From assembly GCF_964204645.1 (NCBI RefSeq), contig NC_134026.1:23718150-23782149 (forward strand): a DNA stretch of 64,000 nucleotides, in the 5' to 3' direction. The notes under the pieces are model-generated. The model was not told the origin of the DNA. It ran no database searches and saw nothing but the letters and a program-made list of their open reading frames with translations. The position numbers and the translations under genes were made by a program. The DNA is from Tubulanus polymorphus (taxonomy: Eukaryota; Animalia; Nemertea). This document shows, piece by piece, positions 41,640 to 53,941 of the stretch (the stretch's first letter is position 1; each line of letters opens with the position of its first letter).

Positions 41640-43217
41640 ATGCTTAGTCTATTTTGCAGATCGATAAAGCAGCACGTTCGCGCGTCTGTAGTTTACAGGG
41701 GTTTCCAAATGCAGTCCAATTACCATATTGCTGTGGTGAGTAATATTGTTATTAATCTCTCTCTGATAACTCCAGAAAAGTTACTAAAAAACTAAATTTA
41801 TCAGTATTTACTGTCCGCCTGGCATTTTTTGTCATTTACTCTCTGGGTATGGACACTTCTTGCTTTACTTCTTACTTCCCATCCTGAATTCGAGTCCACA
41901 TGGCCTGATGAAAGATCTTTTCATTCTTCTAAATTCAGGTGTTATCTGGTTGCGGTGTATACGATGGTTCCGAAGTGCATGAAGCGTCCGCGTAAGAATT
42001 TAAACAATAATTTTGTATTTAGATATTTTTGGACTGAAACCGGCGGCAGGGGTTCATGTACTGTTATAAAGTGCATTCACACAGGCCTTTTCCTCGTCTA
42101 TTCATTTTTGTTTCCAGTTGCTTGGTACATTTAAGCAGAGAAAATGCGAAGGTTTCTATGTTCGCACCTGATATTAACCAAATGCATGTTATCGACCATT
42201 CGAAAGGTAGCGAATCGACTAATGAAAAGAGGAATGTACTTGTTGAATCTGCTAGGATTGCTCGAGGGGAGGTATCTCCTATTGAAAAATTGAATACAGC
42301 CGATTTTAACGCCGTTGTATTTCCTGGAGGATTTGGTGCTGCCAAGAACTTGTAAGTCATGACCACCGAAATAAGAACTTTGTTTGGCCTATCTGTTTGG
42401 TATTATATTATGATTAATAGCAGAAAGCTTCAAGTGGTAAATGTATAAATTTCTATGTTATCAGGAGTACATTCGCTGTGGATGGAGCCAAGTGTTCTGT
42501 CAACAAGGAAGTAGATCGAATTCTTCGAGAATTTCATGCCAGTCAGTTGCCGATTGGGTAAGTAATACCGATTCTATAGAGATTTACTTGTGAAAACTTT
42601 TTGAGCAAAATAGTGAGATAATACAATACTATTCAATTTACATATATCCCCGAAGCAAAGATACACAGATTGATGATATGAAACCATTTTTCCCCTAACA
42701 ACAAAACGCTATGTTAATATGTTCCAACTGTTGGAAATGGTAAAATGTAATTAATTTATTCATGAATTATCCATATTTTCAGATTGTGCTGTATTTCTCC
42801 AGTTCTGGCTGCTAAGGCGTTGAAAGGCTGCTCAGTGACTATTGGCACTGATGCCAATACTGCCCAAGCTATCACTGATATGGGATCCACGCATGTCAAC
42901 ACTGAAGTAGATATATCCTTTTCCAAATGACTTAAATATGTTTGATAATGGCTGTCTAGAATTGCGAGTGTTTCAGTGTATCTAACACGATGTAAAAATC
43001 TTTTTCGAATAGACTGAAATGATTGAGACCTTTTATACATGTTCCCACAAAAAAAACAGGGTAAATTTCTTAACATTCTAACGAAGTACATGTGGATCCT
43101 GATCGAAAAATTGTCACCACTGGAGCCTTCATGCACGATGCTCCAATTCATAAAATATTTGATGGTATTGGTAAAATGATTGGAGAAGTGATAAAACTTG
43201 CAAATAAACAATCATGA
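41640..43217 (+). CDS. GATD3: Glutamine amidotransferase-like class 1 domain-containing protein 3 / ES1 homolog, mitochondrial (DJ-1/PfpI superfamily), 246 aa
   Basis: Exons 41640-41735, 41939-41991, 42118-42351, 42465-42557, 42783-42912 and 43083-43217 give a 741-nt open frame. Motifs [52 protein letters not shown]. Basic N-terminal presequence-like leader. Confidence 0.95.
42913..43082 (+). other. U12-type (minor spliceosome) AT-AC intron in GATD3
   Basis: 5' site ATATCCTTTT, branch sequence TTTCTTAAC (43066-43074), terminal AC (43081-43082). Removal restores NTEVD|[13 protein letters not shown] in frame. Confidence 0.93.
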
Positions 43218-43779
43218 AATTCATCCGACACAATCGCTATGGAAAAATTGCTAAGCCTGTAGTCATTGACATTCTGAAATGCATTGCTTTAGTAAACTTG
43301 ATCAAATCATTGTAGAGATTTTGCCCAGAAAAGATGTACTTGTGTAAAATTCGTTAAAGTGTCCCTTAGCTATTAAAGATTAAGATGTGTTAAAAACAAA
43401 ATTCCTTGTTTTGAGTGATTTCATGGCGATTCCTTGCTATCCGATTTTGGGTTAATTCTCAGTCAGTGAACGACTATCCATTTTTATCAGAAAAAGGTTG
43501 CATCAAACTAATTCAAAACTACATAGTTTTACAAATTAATTATTTAATCTTGAATTTTCATACAGTTACTTCATTAGAAATGAAATAATGGACGGAATTC
43601 AATTACACTTGTACGAGTTAATATAAATATCTATTAAATGATTCTTATTACATCATTGTTATTAAACTGAACATATAAAACATTTTAATATATTATAACA
43701 GTTATATTCCAGTATTCAACAATTTTTCGGTGTTCTTTCACATTTTATGCATACATAAATGTCTGAAATGCATGACAAT

Positions 43780-45652
43780 TCAGGTTTCAGCAATTTTGTG
43801 TATCTTATTGATTTGATTGATGAATGAATTTTCCTTTTCTTTCAATTTCTGAACTACTTCCGCCTGTAAAAAACAAATTCAGAGATAAATTGTCTTACAC
43901 ACAGTAACTGTGACGTTACATTGATTGAATGATAGAATCTAAGCTAGCATACCTCCAAGCCAGATAAGAGCTCTTTGCATACACTCTCAAGTATTTCCTT
44001 AACCTGATCCGGGGTCAAACTAGAAAATATCTCCTTTTCTTTGTCAGTCAATTCATGCGACTCCATATCCAAAGAAAGTTCATCCGTAACCTGTCAAATG
44101 CACAGTTATCATTTTGATAAGCAGTTCAGAAGTGGAGTCTATGTACACTGTAATATTGTGCATTACCTCTGGAGTAGGTGTGGGTGGTGGGGTTGCTATA
44201 TATTCCTGATACATTTCTTCTGGAACAGCTTCATCGAGGGGTGCTGGCCAGGGCAGATCAGCCGGCTGGGCAACTTCGATATCTAACTACAATTGAAATA
44301 ACTTATGCAGATACCACAGAAAGCCAAATAAACTTATCTACAGCAAAATCAAATAGTTATTGTTTATTTACATCTAGTCCAATGATTTCTTCAGCTTGGC
44401 TGTGGGTGAATATAAACTCAAACAGCTTGTAATGTTGAAATAAGCTGAAATATAAGATGAATTAAGGTATAATTTCACAAATGATTGTCGTCAATGAAAT
44501 AAATACCAATGATTCCTTATAGGCCTACAGGTACTCACACAAGTTGAAAGTAATCTGAAATGGCCTTTCCTTGATCCATGTTGAAACAATCCAAACCACC
44601 AGTTTGTTCTGGATTTTCTTGTCCAACACCTCGTAAACATTTTTTCAGTTCGATTAAATTTTCAACCAAAGACATGTTTTTATCTAAATAGAATTAATTA
44701 CACACAGGATAAACACTTTTAAAAGCTACAATAATATGCGGAATTGTGGAAAACATTGATGAAGGCGAACATGTATGTACCTTTAATGTTATCAAGCAGC
44801 GTACTTGAAAGTGTAACAAATGCAGATACTTGTGGACAGGTGAATTCTTTTTCTTTGGCCCACCAAAAATTACTTGTGTGGTAATCCAGTACAGCCCCAT
44901 CTTTCAGATCTACACTGACTGATGCCAAATTCAATATCTCCTGCAATCTCCTGAATTCAAACAAATGAATTGCTTATCAATGAGGTATTTCAAGTTTTCA
45001 GGTATTTTGTTTCTTTGTTCACACAAAAATGTCTGTCCAGAAGAAATTTGCAAGGGCTTTGTGTAGCCAGTGGATCTGCCACTGACAACATTATCATTTC
45101 ACTAGGTCGCTGCTTTACTTACACTTGAACCTCATCTACACTTAACTCCAATAATTCTTTCGTTTGAGCTTCATTTATGATCTTGTATGCCAATCCCTTT
45201 GGTTCTTCCTCCTAAAAATACAATAGACCCACCTTTGAAATTTAAGTAAGTAAGGCCTATTTATATCATAATTCCAGCCTATCATCTCTCTCCATTAAAA
45301 AAATATGTAGTTTTGAAAGATGAGAATCTAGCTAACTGGCGTTTGACTTTTGACTGGTTTGCATGACCCATTTCGACACTATTGGTTCACTTTCAATTAT
45401 TCCCAACTAGCCTTTGAAGTTGGGAATCAGAGTGTGCAATAAAATTATATTTGTATTTATGTATTTCACGTTTATCATCCTCATTTTCTCATCGTTTAAG
45501 ATTCACGAAGAATTGTTGATCGAAAAGCATATTTCTTTAACCTCGCCTTTCGGTATAGAACCACCCTTTTCTCTCTTTCCCTTAGCAGAATCCTTTCTTT
45601 TGTCAGTAAACGATGGTTTTCGTGCCAGCTTTGATTTAGTGGTGGTCGCCAT
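43780..45652 (-). CDS. CABCOCO1: Ciliary-associated calcium-binding coiled-coil protein 1 (C10orf107/CFAP119 family), about 309 aa
   Basis: Exons 45652-45542, 45211-45123, 44950-44781, 44683-44539, 44444-44372, 44286-44167, 44090-43953 and 43863-43780 give a 930-nt open frame. Motifs AVLDYHTSNFWWAKE, AISDYFQLVLFQHYKLFEFIF, WPAPLDE. The first donor (gttaaa) is weak. Confidence 0.9.
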
Positions 45653-45660
45653 TTTCAAAC

Positions 45661-45674
45661 ATCTTCATAGCAAC
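45661..45674 (-). promoter_or_regulatory. RFX X-box-like motif immediately upstream of CABCOCO1
   Basis: GTTGCTATGAAGAT on the minus strand, about 9 nt before the ATG; fits a ciliary gene. Confidence 0.55.
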
Positions 45675-46148
45675 CACCATAGCCCCGCATAGGCATTCGC
45701 GAATTGGAACTTATCGTTGATTGCTTTTGAATAAGGATTTCATTAGCGATAAATGCATTGAATAATGAGAAATCGTCAAGTTCGGGAGAAAATTTGATAA
45801 CAAATGATATTCTTACGTAAAAAATTGTCAAAATACGGGATTCGAATCCAAATTGATTGGGCTAATGTTACGCAATAAAAAAGCGCGCGAAAAATAGCGC
45901 CCTGGGTTCGAATCCTGGTCCACATCAGTGAAACAGCGTTTACATTTTTGTCTAGACAACATAAGACATAAATTATACGATACACAAATTTGATGATATT
46001 CAGTATAAAGCTTATTCCATACAATATGATAGCATCTTTTCGATTAACTTCTGCAATCTGTCAAATGTGAAATTATACTTCAAAAGTTAAACTACCGTTT
46101 TATATACCAATGATAAATTTTTCATTTTAAATGAACGAAAATAATTGC

Positions 46149-46475
46149 CAGGGGCAGATTAATATGGGAGCACAAGAAGCACGTGCTTCCGTCGCAATTT
46201 TCCCGTGCCCTTTTGAGAACAATGACAATAGTTTTCAGGGCACTTTTTCCACCCGAAAGTATTAAGACCGCACGGCAGTCTACAGCACATGATTCAACTT
46301 TATTCTCTTATATGCCCCTCAAGTGCCAAGAAATTGTATGAAAATGCACTGAAACTTCAAAAGTTTCCCGCTGAACCTTGTTTTGGCTGCATGCATACTT
46401 AACTTCCCTTTTTCACTATTACCCTGTTTTATTTCTTTGTGCTCCTGTAAGGCCTGCTCCTGGAACCGCGTGATG
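46149..46475. mobile_element. Possible degenerate MITE remnant
   Basis: Starts CAGGGGCAGATT; inverted subterminal match GGAGCACAAG / CTTTGTGCTCC; no clear TSD. Confidence 0.3.
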
Positions 46476-47867
46476 CAATTTTGCAATGAAGCAGAGCTCC
46501 ATTACTCAGGACCTAGCAATTAGATTTTATTACTGGTGACTAAAAAAAAACTCTTCCACGCTTACCTTTTTTTCTTTATGTTTTCCGCGGCCACCCGACT
46601 GCAATGGAATATGAAAATGATGATCACTATTTGATTCGGTTCTCAGCAAAGATCCACTGTGTCACTATACCGACCTTTTTTCTATTCGACATCTTGCTCA
46701 ATTAGATTCTTGAATAAGTAACGCAGAACGTCTGCAAATCACGTAACAAACATCGAGAAAAATGAAAGTCAAAAGTTAAATGTCTTTAGTACGTGCTTGA
46801 CATAGTCTAATCAGTTGTATATTGTCATCGTGATATTAATTTGTTTATTGTCAAATCGCGTGGCAATAGTGTTAGTCCTTGTCATATAGTGAGCACTGCA
46901 AGAAATCCTCAGGACGCCTCAATGCGCGCAGAGGCATTAAACGGGCTTAAAGAAACTTGCCGTTACCATAAATGACTTAGAAAATAGATGTCTTGTTTGT
47001 AAGATATAGCCGTTCACAACATGATTAATTTAATTTCGTTCGAAATTTGATGTCTTGCCTCCGGTTATCGAAGTAAAATACGTAAGCCCTTATTGATAAA
47101 ATAAGTTTATGCACCAATGACCCTAAATATGCAGATTTCTTGCCCTTTGGAAGCCTCGTCGGTTGCTAATAACGATCACAGCTAATGCAAGGTGGTTTGA
47201 AATCAGGTGGATTACATTTTTGTTCTGAATAGACGTCAACAATTGAATAAATACGCTAGTGCAGTTATAAACGCATAACCTGTTTGTTTAATGGAACGAA
47301 CGTCATGAGCGACTATTGAAAAATATCACGTCCCATTAAAAAAAAGCGTTAAAGATTAGAACATAAAATTCACGCAGTAAACCCATAAAATAATCTATCA
47401 ATACGCTTTTGAGACTTTTGATGCAAAAATGATATCATTAACCCCATTATGTTGCAGGAAGGCAAATGCTGTCGCGTTGACGTGTTCTTGTGACATATGG
47501 CGTTAGATAAAGCATGGGTCTCACAACTAGACAATCAGTAGAATACGTCAGAAACTTCTGCGTCTAAACTCTATCCATTCGCTCAAAAATCAATGCACAA
47601 CATCGCATGTGTGCCTTGGAAATACAGCGGTAGTGCTTCTAAAGCTACGTAGTACTGATGAGGCAACGCAATACAAAATCGTTTGTGACTACAAAAAACA
47701 CTACATCGCTTAGAACATATAATAACAGTGACTGAATAATATCGCTATACATGCGTAGAAAGGATTTAGAGTGGATATACAAATTATAGGCCAAACCAAT
47801 TAATACTACAACAAATGCAGTAAATGGTCACAAGGGCGCATAGCGCCGAAATATATCTCAGGAGCGA

Positions 47868-50425
47868 ATGAGGATAATGCACAAAATGCCATTCTATCAA
47901 AGGAAACTGTACCTAATGACATATGTATTGTTAGCATTGGTAAATCAGACGACGCAATACAACAAACTGATGCTGATCCTTCTGGATGGTGTTCGTTGGG
48001 ACTATTTACAAATCAGTGATCTCTATGGATTTGCTGAAATTCGATCTCGTGGCGTCAAAGCGAACTACATGTCTCCTCAATTTCCTTCATCGTCATATCC
48101 GAATTATTACTCAATAATGACAGGTAAATGTTTCATGAATGGTTTAAATTATGTTCCAGAAATAACCTCTTTCTATGTGCAATCATTGATGGATTTGTAT
48201 ATACAAATACGTATGTATATTTCAGTCTCCTGACACACGTGGCGCTAGAGCGAGATAGTCCATACAAGACAATACAACAGCCGTTACCGAATAGCTTATT
48301 ATATGATAGCTTTTTTCTGATAGCGAACATAGTTTTCTTTCACATCATATTCTAATCATAATCTTTCCAAATTGAATTAGCGCTTCATGCTGTTTAAAGG
48401 ATTGCGCTAAAACATATGTTAAAAGCATGTCGTAACCTTTGGCAATGGAATAGAGATATTCGTATGGTGATTTTTAATGATTTTATCTTTAGGTCTACAC
48501 GTTGAATCCCATGGAATGGTCGGTAATTCAATATATGACCCCAAACATGGGACGACATTTCGCGGCGCGAAAGATGACGAACAACTAAATCCATATTGGT
48601 GGAATGGGGGCGAGCCATTCTGGGTGACGGCTACTAAACAGGCAAGAACCAAAAGTAGACTTCTTCGACCAATTGGATCGTTTAGTACCATCACCCACCA
48701 TTCTGAATGATTTCCTGTTTTGGTGGAGATAGTGTATTGTATATGAATTCATGTGGTGATAGTAATTATATGATTACATTATTTCAGAGTCGTGTATGTG
48801 CCATGTATTATTGGGGCGGATGTCAAGTGGAAATCAGAGGTTTCAGACCTCAATACTGCAGAAGACTACAATCCGAACCTGATATTTCTGAATTCCACCG
48901 ATCTATCGATCACGCTGTGTACCAGCTTCATACCGATAGAGTCGATTTTACCGGCAAGTATTTTTGAAATAGCGGTATTTGTTAAAGAAGTATAGAAACA
49001 TACTAACTTGACGAACTTGCTTTATCTTTCTGGCAAAAAGCGTATCATATTTACTGAAAGTACTTTCCATTGTATCTGTAAAACATCTATCTATCAATCA
49101 ATATCTTTCCATCAATATTTTTTACTTTAGCTATATACGTCGAGCTGCCAGATACGCAAGGCCACAAATTCGGGCCTTTATCGAAGGAATTGAATGATTC
49201 GATGCGAACTGTCGATAAAGAGATTCAATATCTGCTGAGAAGCCTTGACGAAACTGGTCTCAATAAATCGACCAACGTTATAATAGTATCCGACCATGGA
49301 ATGGCGGACATCGGTGGAGATAACAGCAAGGACATAAAAATGACTGATTTTGTACCGGATATTGAAAGTCTGATGGAACGATTTATCGATCATAGTTACG
49401 GTGTCTTAATTTGGCCGAAACCTGGCGTGACGGAACAGGTATCAGATTCGTGGCTTAGAATTAGATATTTTTTTATATTGTGGATTTGGACAAAGGTCAC
49501 TGACATGTTGTACGCACGAATGTTTGTTTTTCAGATTTACAACGGATTTAAAGGAAAACACAAGCATATGCATATATTCCATAAGAATGAAATTCCTGAA
49601 ATATGGCATTTCCAGAATAACGATCGAATACCCCCGCTCTTACTGGTAACAGAGCCTGGTTGGACTATAGTTAAAGGATTTGGTGTAAGTTGATGTAATG
49701 AAACAGAACTGTGCCTGGTTAATTTCTTCATCGTAATGGTGTGTGTAACGAAATTCTATGAAAGATGATTCGTTTCATTATACATCGTAGGAAAATCCTG
49801 GAATACGGAAGTACGAAGACGTCGGTCGTCCGCATGGTACCCATGGATATGATCCGACGGATAAATCCATGTATGCCATATTCTTAGCCTTTGGGCCAGG
49901 TATGCTAATTCCTAACCCATGTTCATTCTTGCGAGACGAGACAGTATGCTTACATACTGATTTAATAAGGGATTTCAGAGGTTTTTTCACTAATGTTACA
50001 TTCTTTATATTTCAGATATAAAGCATGGGACTGAGGTTGGAAATTTTCCTAATACCGATGTCTATAACTTACTATGCAAGCTACTGAAAATCATCCCATC
50101 TCCGAACAACGGAACCTGGTCCAATGTGGCAGGAATTCTAGTCAACGATACTCCAAAAGGATGGGTTTACGAGCAACCCCGGTTAGAGCCCAGTTTCAGC
50201 GACTGGGTTATCCAACCTCCGCTAATCGAACAGAATGTCACGTCCACAATACTGATGATCATGTCTATCATCGTCGGGATCGCGTTGACTTTGACAACGG
50301 CAGTATTTTGTGTAGGACCTCGAAAGGTTTGTTGGTGTTTACGAAAGCACACTGAATCGAAGATGAGGTACTCGGAAGTTCTGAAGAGCGTACATAGTTC
50401 TGATTCGGAAGACTCGCTTAGCTGA
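47868..50425 (+). CDS. ENPP6: ENPP6-like ectonucleotide pyrophosphatase/phosphodiesterase (glycerophosphocholine cholinephosphodiesterase-like), about 515 aa, with signal peptide and C-terminal TM helix
   Basis: Exons 47868-48123, 48493-48641, 48788-48953, 49131-49438, 49535-49684, 49791-49899 and 50016-50425 give a 1548-nt open frame. Motifs LILLDGVRWDY, PSSSYPNYYSIMTG (Ser nucleophile as in ENPP6), MYYWGGCQVEI, PDTQGHKFGP, VSDHGM, GTHGYD, PSPNNGTWS. The start could be a later ATG (e.g. 47887). Confidence 0.9.
48642..48787 (+). other. GC-AG intron 2 of ENPP6-like gene
   Basis: AAACAG|gcaaga ... atttcag|AGT; gives TATKQ|SRVCAMYYW, colinear with the ENPP family. Confidence 0.8.
48954..49130 (+). 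other. GC-AG intron 3 of ENPP6-like gene
   Basis: ACC G|gcaagt ... ctttag|CT ATA; gives VDFTAIYVELPD. The nearby GT at 48958 is in the wrong phase. Confidence 0.82.
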
Positions 50426-50989
50426 CGAAATTACAAAATACTCATAGCTACAGTTTCGATATTTTGCCCGATATTCCTGAATGATAGAGAAATACAACTT
50501 AATAAAACTCTACTTAACTCATTTCTATCCAATTTATATGCATTCTCTGTATATATTTATCTGGTTAATGTAAATTTTGAATGATAGACCGTATAAGTTT
50601 TAATAAACTCATGTATAAATACAATATTTTCAACTTAATGACGATCATTTTGAAATTTTTCAAACACCGCTGTTTCATCACTATTCTTTGTTCGTGATTT
50701 GGTTAAACAAATGTTTTTTTGGACATCAAATCGTGAAGTTCGCAAATCTTTGAATGCAAGGCGTTTACGACGAGCTGATGATGTATAAATGTGTTAATTC
50801 AATCTTTCTTCATGAAGATGCGACTTCCTAAGAATAAAGATTAGATCAAAGAAGTATAGAGAGAAGTATTACTTCCAATTCATATCGATTTTAGAATTAA
50901 AGATCGAGGGTGGAAATTTCGTTTTAACAACTTGTAGAAATTAGATGTATTCACAAGAACTCTTTCGTGAGACGACCCCTTCTCGTTAA

Positions 50990-51091
50990 AGAAGACGTAG
51001 ACACGATGCGCGCATGCTACCTCTGTGTGCTTCCATCGAGGATCGCTTCCATCACGGCTTCTCCCACCCTCATCACTAGAAACTTATCAAG
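50990..51091 (+). other. Putative non-coding first exon / promoter of the TRIM gene
   Basis: CpG-containing patch with NRF1-like TGCGCGCATGC, ending in a perfect donor AAG|gtaagt (51092). The next matching acceptor before the TRIM ATG is cttttcag at 53918. Start coordinate is approximate. Confidence 0.45.
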
Positions 51092-53941
51092 GTAAGTCCT
51101 ATAGATTTAGCATTTCGATATATCTAATGATAAAGAATCGAAGAAATCTTTAGGAGATTTATAATCGATCATGCAGTCTAAGTTTACTGCTTAAAAAAGA
51201 ACGATTGGACTGAATTGTGGTAAGATGTATTCATGAATGAATATTTTTGATGTATACTGACTCTGGTAATTCCAGAAAAGATACAAACAATATAAATCAT
51301 TTTGGTTTTTCTTATGATGTAGTTTAGATAAACTACGAAATTGTCAGATAATAAACGCTTGATAGTATCAATTGTGGGTTTTTACTTGTTAACTCAAAAT
51401 ACTGAGATAAATATCAGTATTTTAGTCATAATGAAAATCGCTGCTTCTTGGGATCAGTGGGTTGCCAAAATAAACAAGATACGTGTGATAAAACACTAAT
51501 TGACATAAAAGGTATTTATTGCGTATATATTTCTTATGGTCGTTCAATACAAACCAAAATATAATTTGGGATTCTGTTTGGTAATTATTGCCCAGGAGAG
51601 AGAAAAACGAGAGAAAACAATTGGCAGAAACTCTGAAGGTACTGGGGTCATTTAAGGAAATGCTTTTCTACCCAAATTTAAAATACAACAATTAGCAATA
51701 CAACATGACACATCGTTAAGCGAACATACCGACAAGAAAGCTTTATTTTGATGTAGTATATAGGAAATTATACAAACGATGCCAATGTAAATCAAGCGTT
51801 CGTGGCTGTAGTGTTTATGCAGTGGTAGAGGTTGAATATTTGGGTGGGGTATACCAGGCTTAGAGAAAACTGCGCCGTAGTTTTGGCTAGTCATTTCGAC
51901 AAAGCTTATGACTCATTGGAACAAAGTATAAAAGCTATAACTTCAGAGCCGACCGATTACGTCGTCTTTTTGTAAATATAGCATATTTATTCGTTCGTTA
52001 TCAGACGTGCATTTCTTAGAGGCTTAGTTATCACACACGTATACCAACTCAGAGCTAATATTTTCAGTCGCTACATGCTCTTGAGCCCTCTTCATAGGCA
52101 TCTCCAAAGATTGAGGGATATTGAACAGCACAATGTATAGCATTTACGGATTCTTGTATATGATCGTATAAAATGATGAATTATTGATACACAGTTCTAG
52201 TTGCGAAGTATCTATATTCAATCATACATCACAGAACGTTATGCACACCAATCAGACTTTCTTTTTCTTAACCATCAACATCGTCGTGGAAGTCTGTAGA
52301 ATCTAAATTCCATCAATCGAATTCACCAATGCTTTATTGCTCTAACTATATTTTTGTCTAGAACATATAAACTATTTCCAACGAATATGAATGAGTATTT
52401 TATGCGTAGGATTCTACGTCAAGAATACATTACGGAGAGATGATTGATCAAACTCGAACTACAACCACCTGCGTATAATCTACTCGATACGTTATTCTTA
52501 GCTTTGATGATCCCGAGTTCAACTGTAAAACGTTTTTTAGATCCTTAACCTTAAATATGATGTTCTACGCAAAGAAGAAAGGTTTTCCAGCCCAATTCAA
52601 TAATGTATCGTACTGGAAATAAGATGCATTCAACCTTGAGACATAAAGATAGATATGAACGAATCAATCATTGTTCTAAATGAACGAAATATATATATAT
52701 ACATCCAAATGATGTGTCTAATTTCATTTCACCTGCACTAAAACAACAACAATCGCTATGCATAAAACGATGAACATTTTGAACATATCATAGATATAGA
52801 GTAAACCGCCCGAGGCAGTAAACGTCTAGGAAAATTACTAATAATCTATCAACCATGTATATAAGTATAGACCAGAAGTAGGCCTAATCAAAATGATGTT
52901 GTTTTGGCGTTTGGGTTTCGTTACCGGCGATTGCAAAAAGACTTGATTAGTATTTATCATAGTTGTTATCATCGTTTCACGAAAGTAACAGGGATATAAT
53001 AGTCTGACAATGTGTTCTCATCTTATCGAACTGGCGTCGTTAATATGAATAAGTCTCCAATTATACCTTCGCGTCTGGCTTTGTTTCAGTAGTTGGAAAT
53101 AATGAAAAACGGATGAAAACTTGGATAATTCACGATTTCCAGATAGTACACACACCAATACAGAGGTCACATTTGAAACAAGGATTTGAAATTAATGTAA
53201 GTGTTTATAATTTTATCTTTGTTGCATTGGTCGATCCCAGATTCTATTCATATATTTGAAAATATTCATCGACTTCAACACGTTTCTGTTTTTCTTCTAC
53301 ACTTTAAATTTTCTAATAGATTCTGATTGAGCACCTGCATCTAAAATGATTGACAATCGAAATTCCAAATTCTCGAGTCTATACGCGCTGAATGTTTCTT
53401 TCAATTTTCTCCATTAGAAAACACGTAACTCATCAATCTATATAGCAACTAGTACAACTGGTACACTGGTGGTAACCGGTAGCTTCCACCTGGTGCACCA
53501 TGAATCACAGGTTTATATACCACTGGTGGTATACAGTAAACCTACCGTGCTATACCTGAGTATTAAATTAAACATTCCGACGTATGAATAGATACACAAG
53601 CTCCAACTGATGATGATCCCTGTATACACCGCTGTGCTTCTTACTGTTTCTTACAATGAACGCGCTTAACATTATTCATAATCTTCAAAGTTTATTGATA
53701 GTAAACTTGGTCAATTTTCTTTGTTCTTAATATATCGAAGATTCTTATGAATTGCTTTACTATGGTATCGTATTTGAGAATAGATCGATAGAACTGATAA
53801 GGTCTAGATCATTAAATGATTGCATAGTTATAAATTGACAATACGTATCTTCTTCATTGTAGATGGTTTAAGATTTTTCTTTCTGTTTTGCTTACGTCAA
53901 ATATGTTTTACTTTTCAGTGAAACCGCGTCTCCTGATCAAA

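Noticed and set aside
42064-43211. Minus-strand ORFs over GATD3 (and similar ones over ENPP6 and TRIM)
   Set aside because: Antisense shadows of real coding exons
53888-53941. N-terminal extension of the TRIM ORF from a TTG start
   Set aside because: Overlaps the polypyrimidine tract/acceptor at 53918; ATG 53942 has good context and directly precedes the RING
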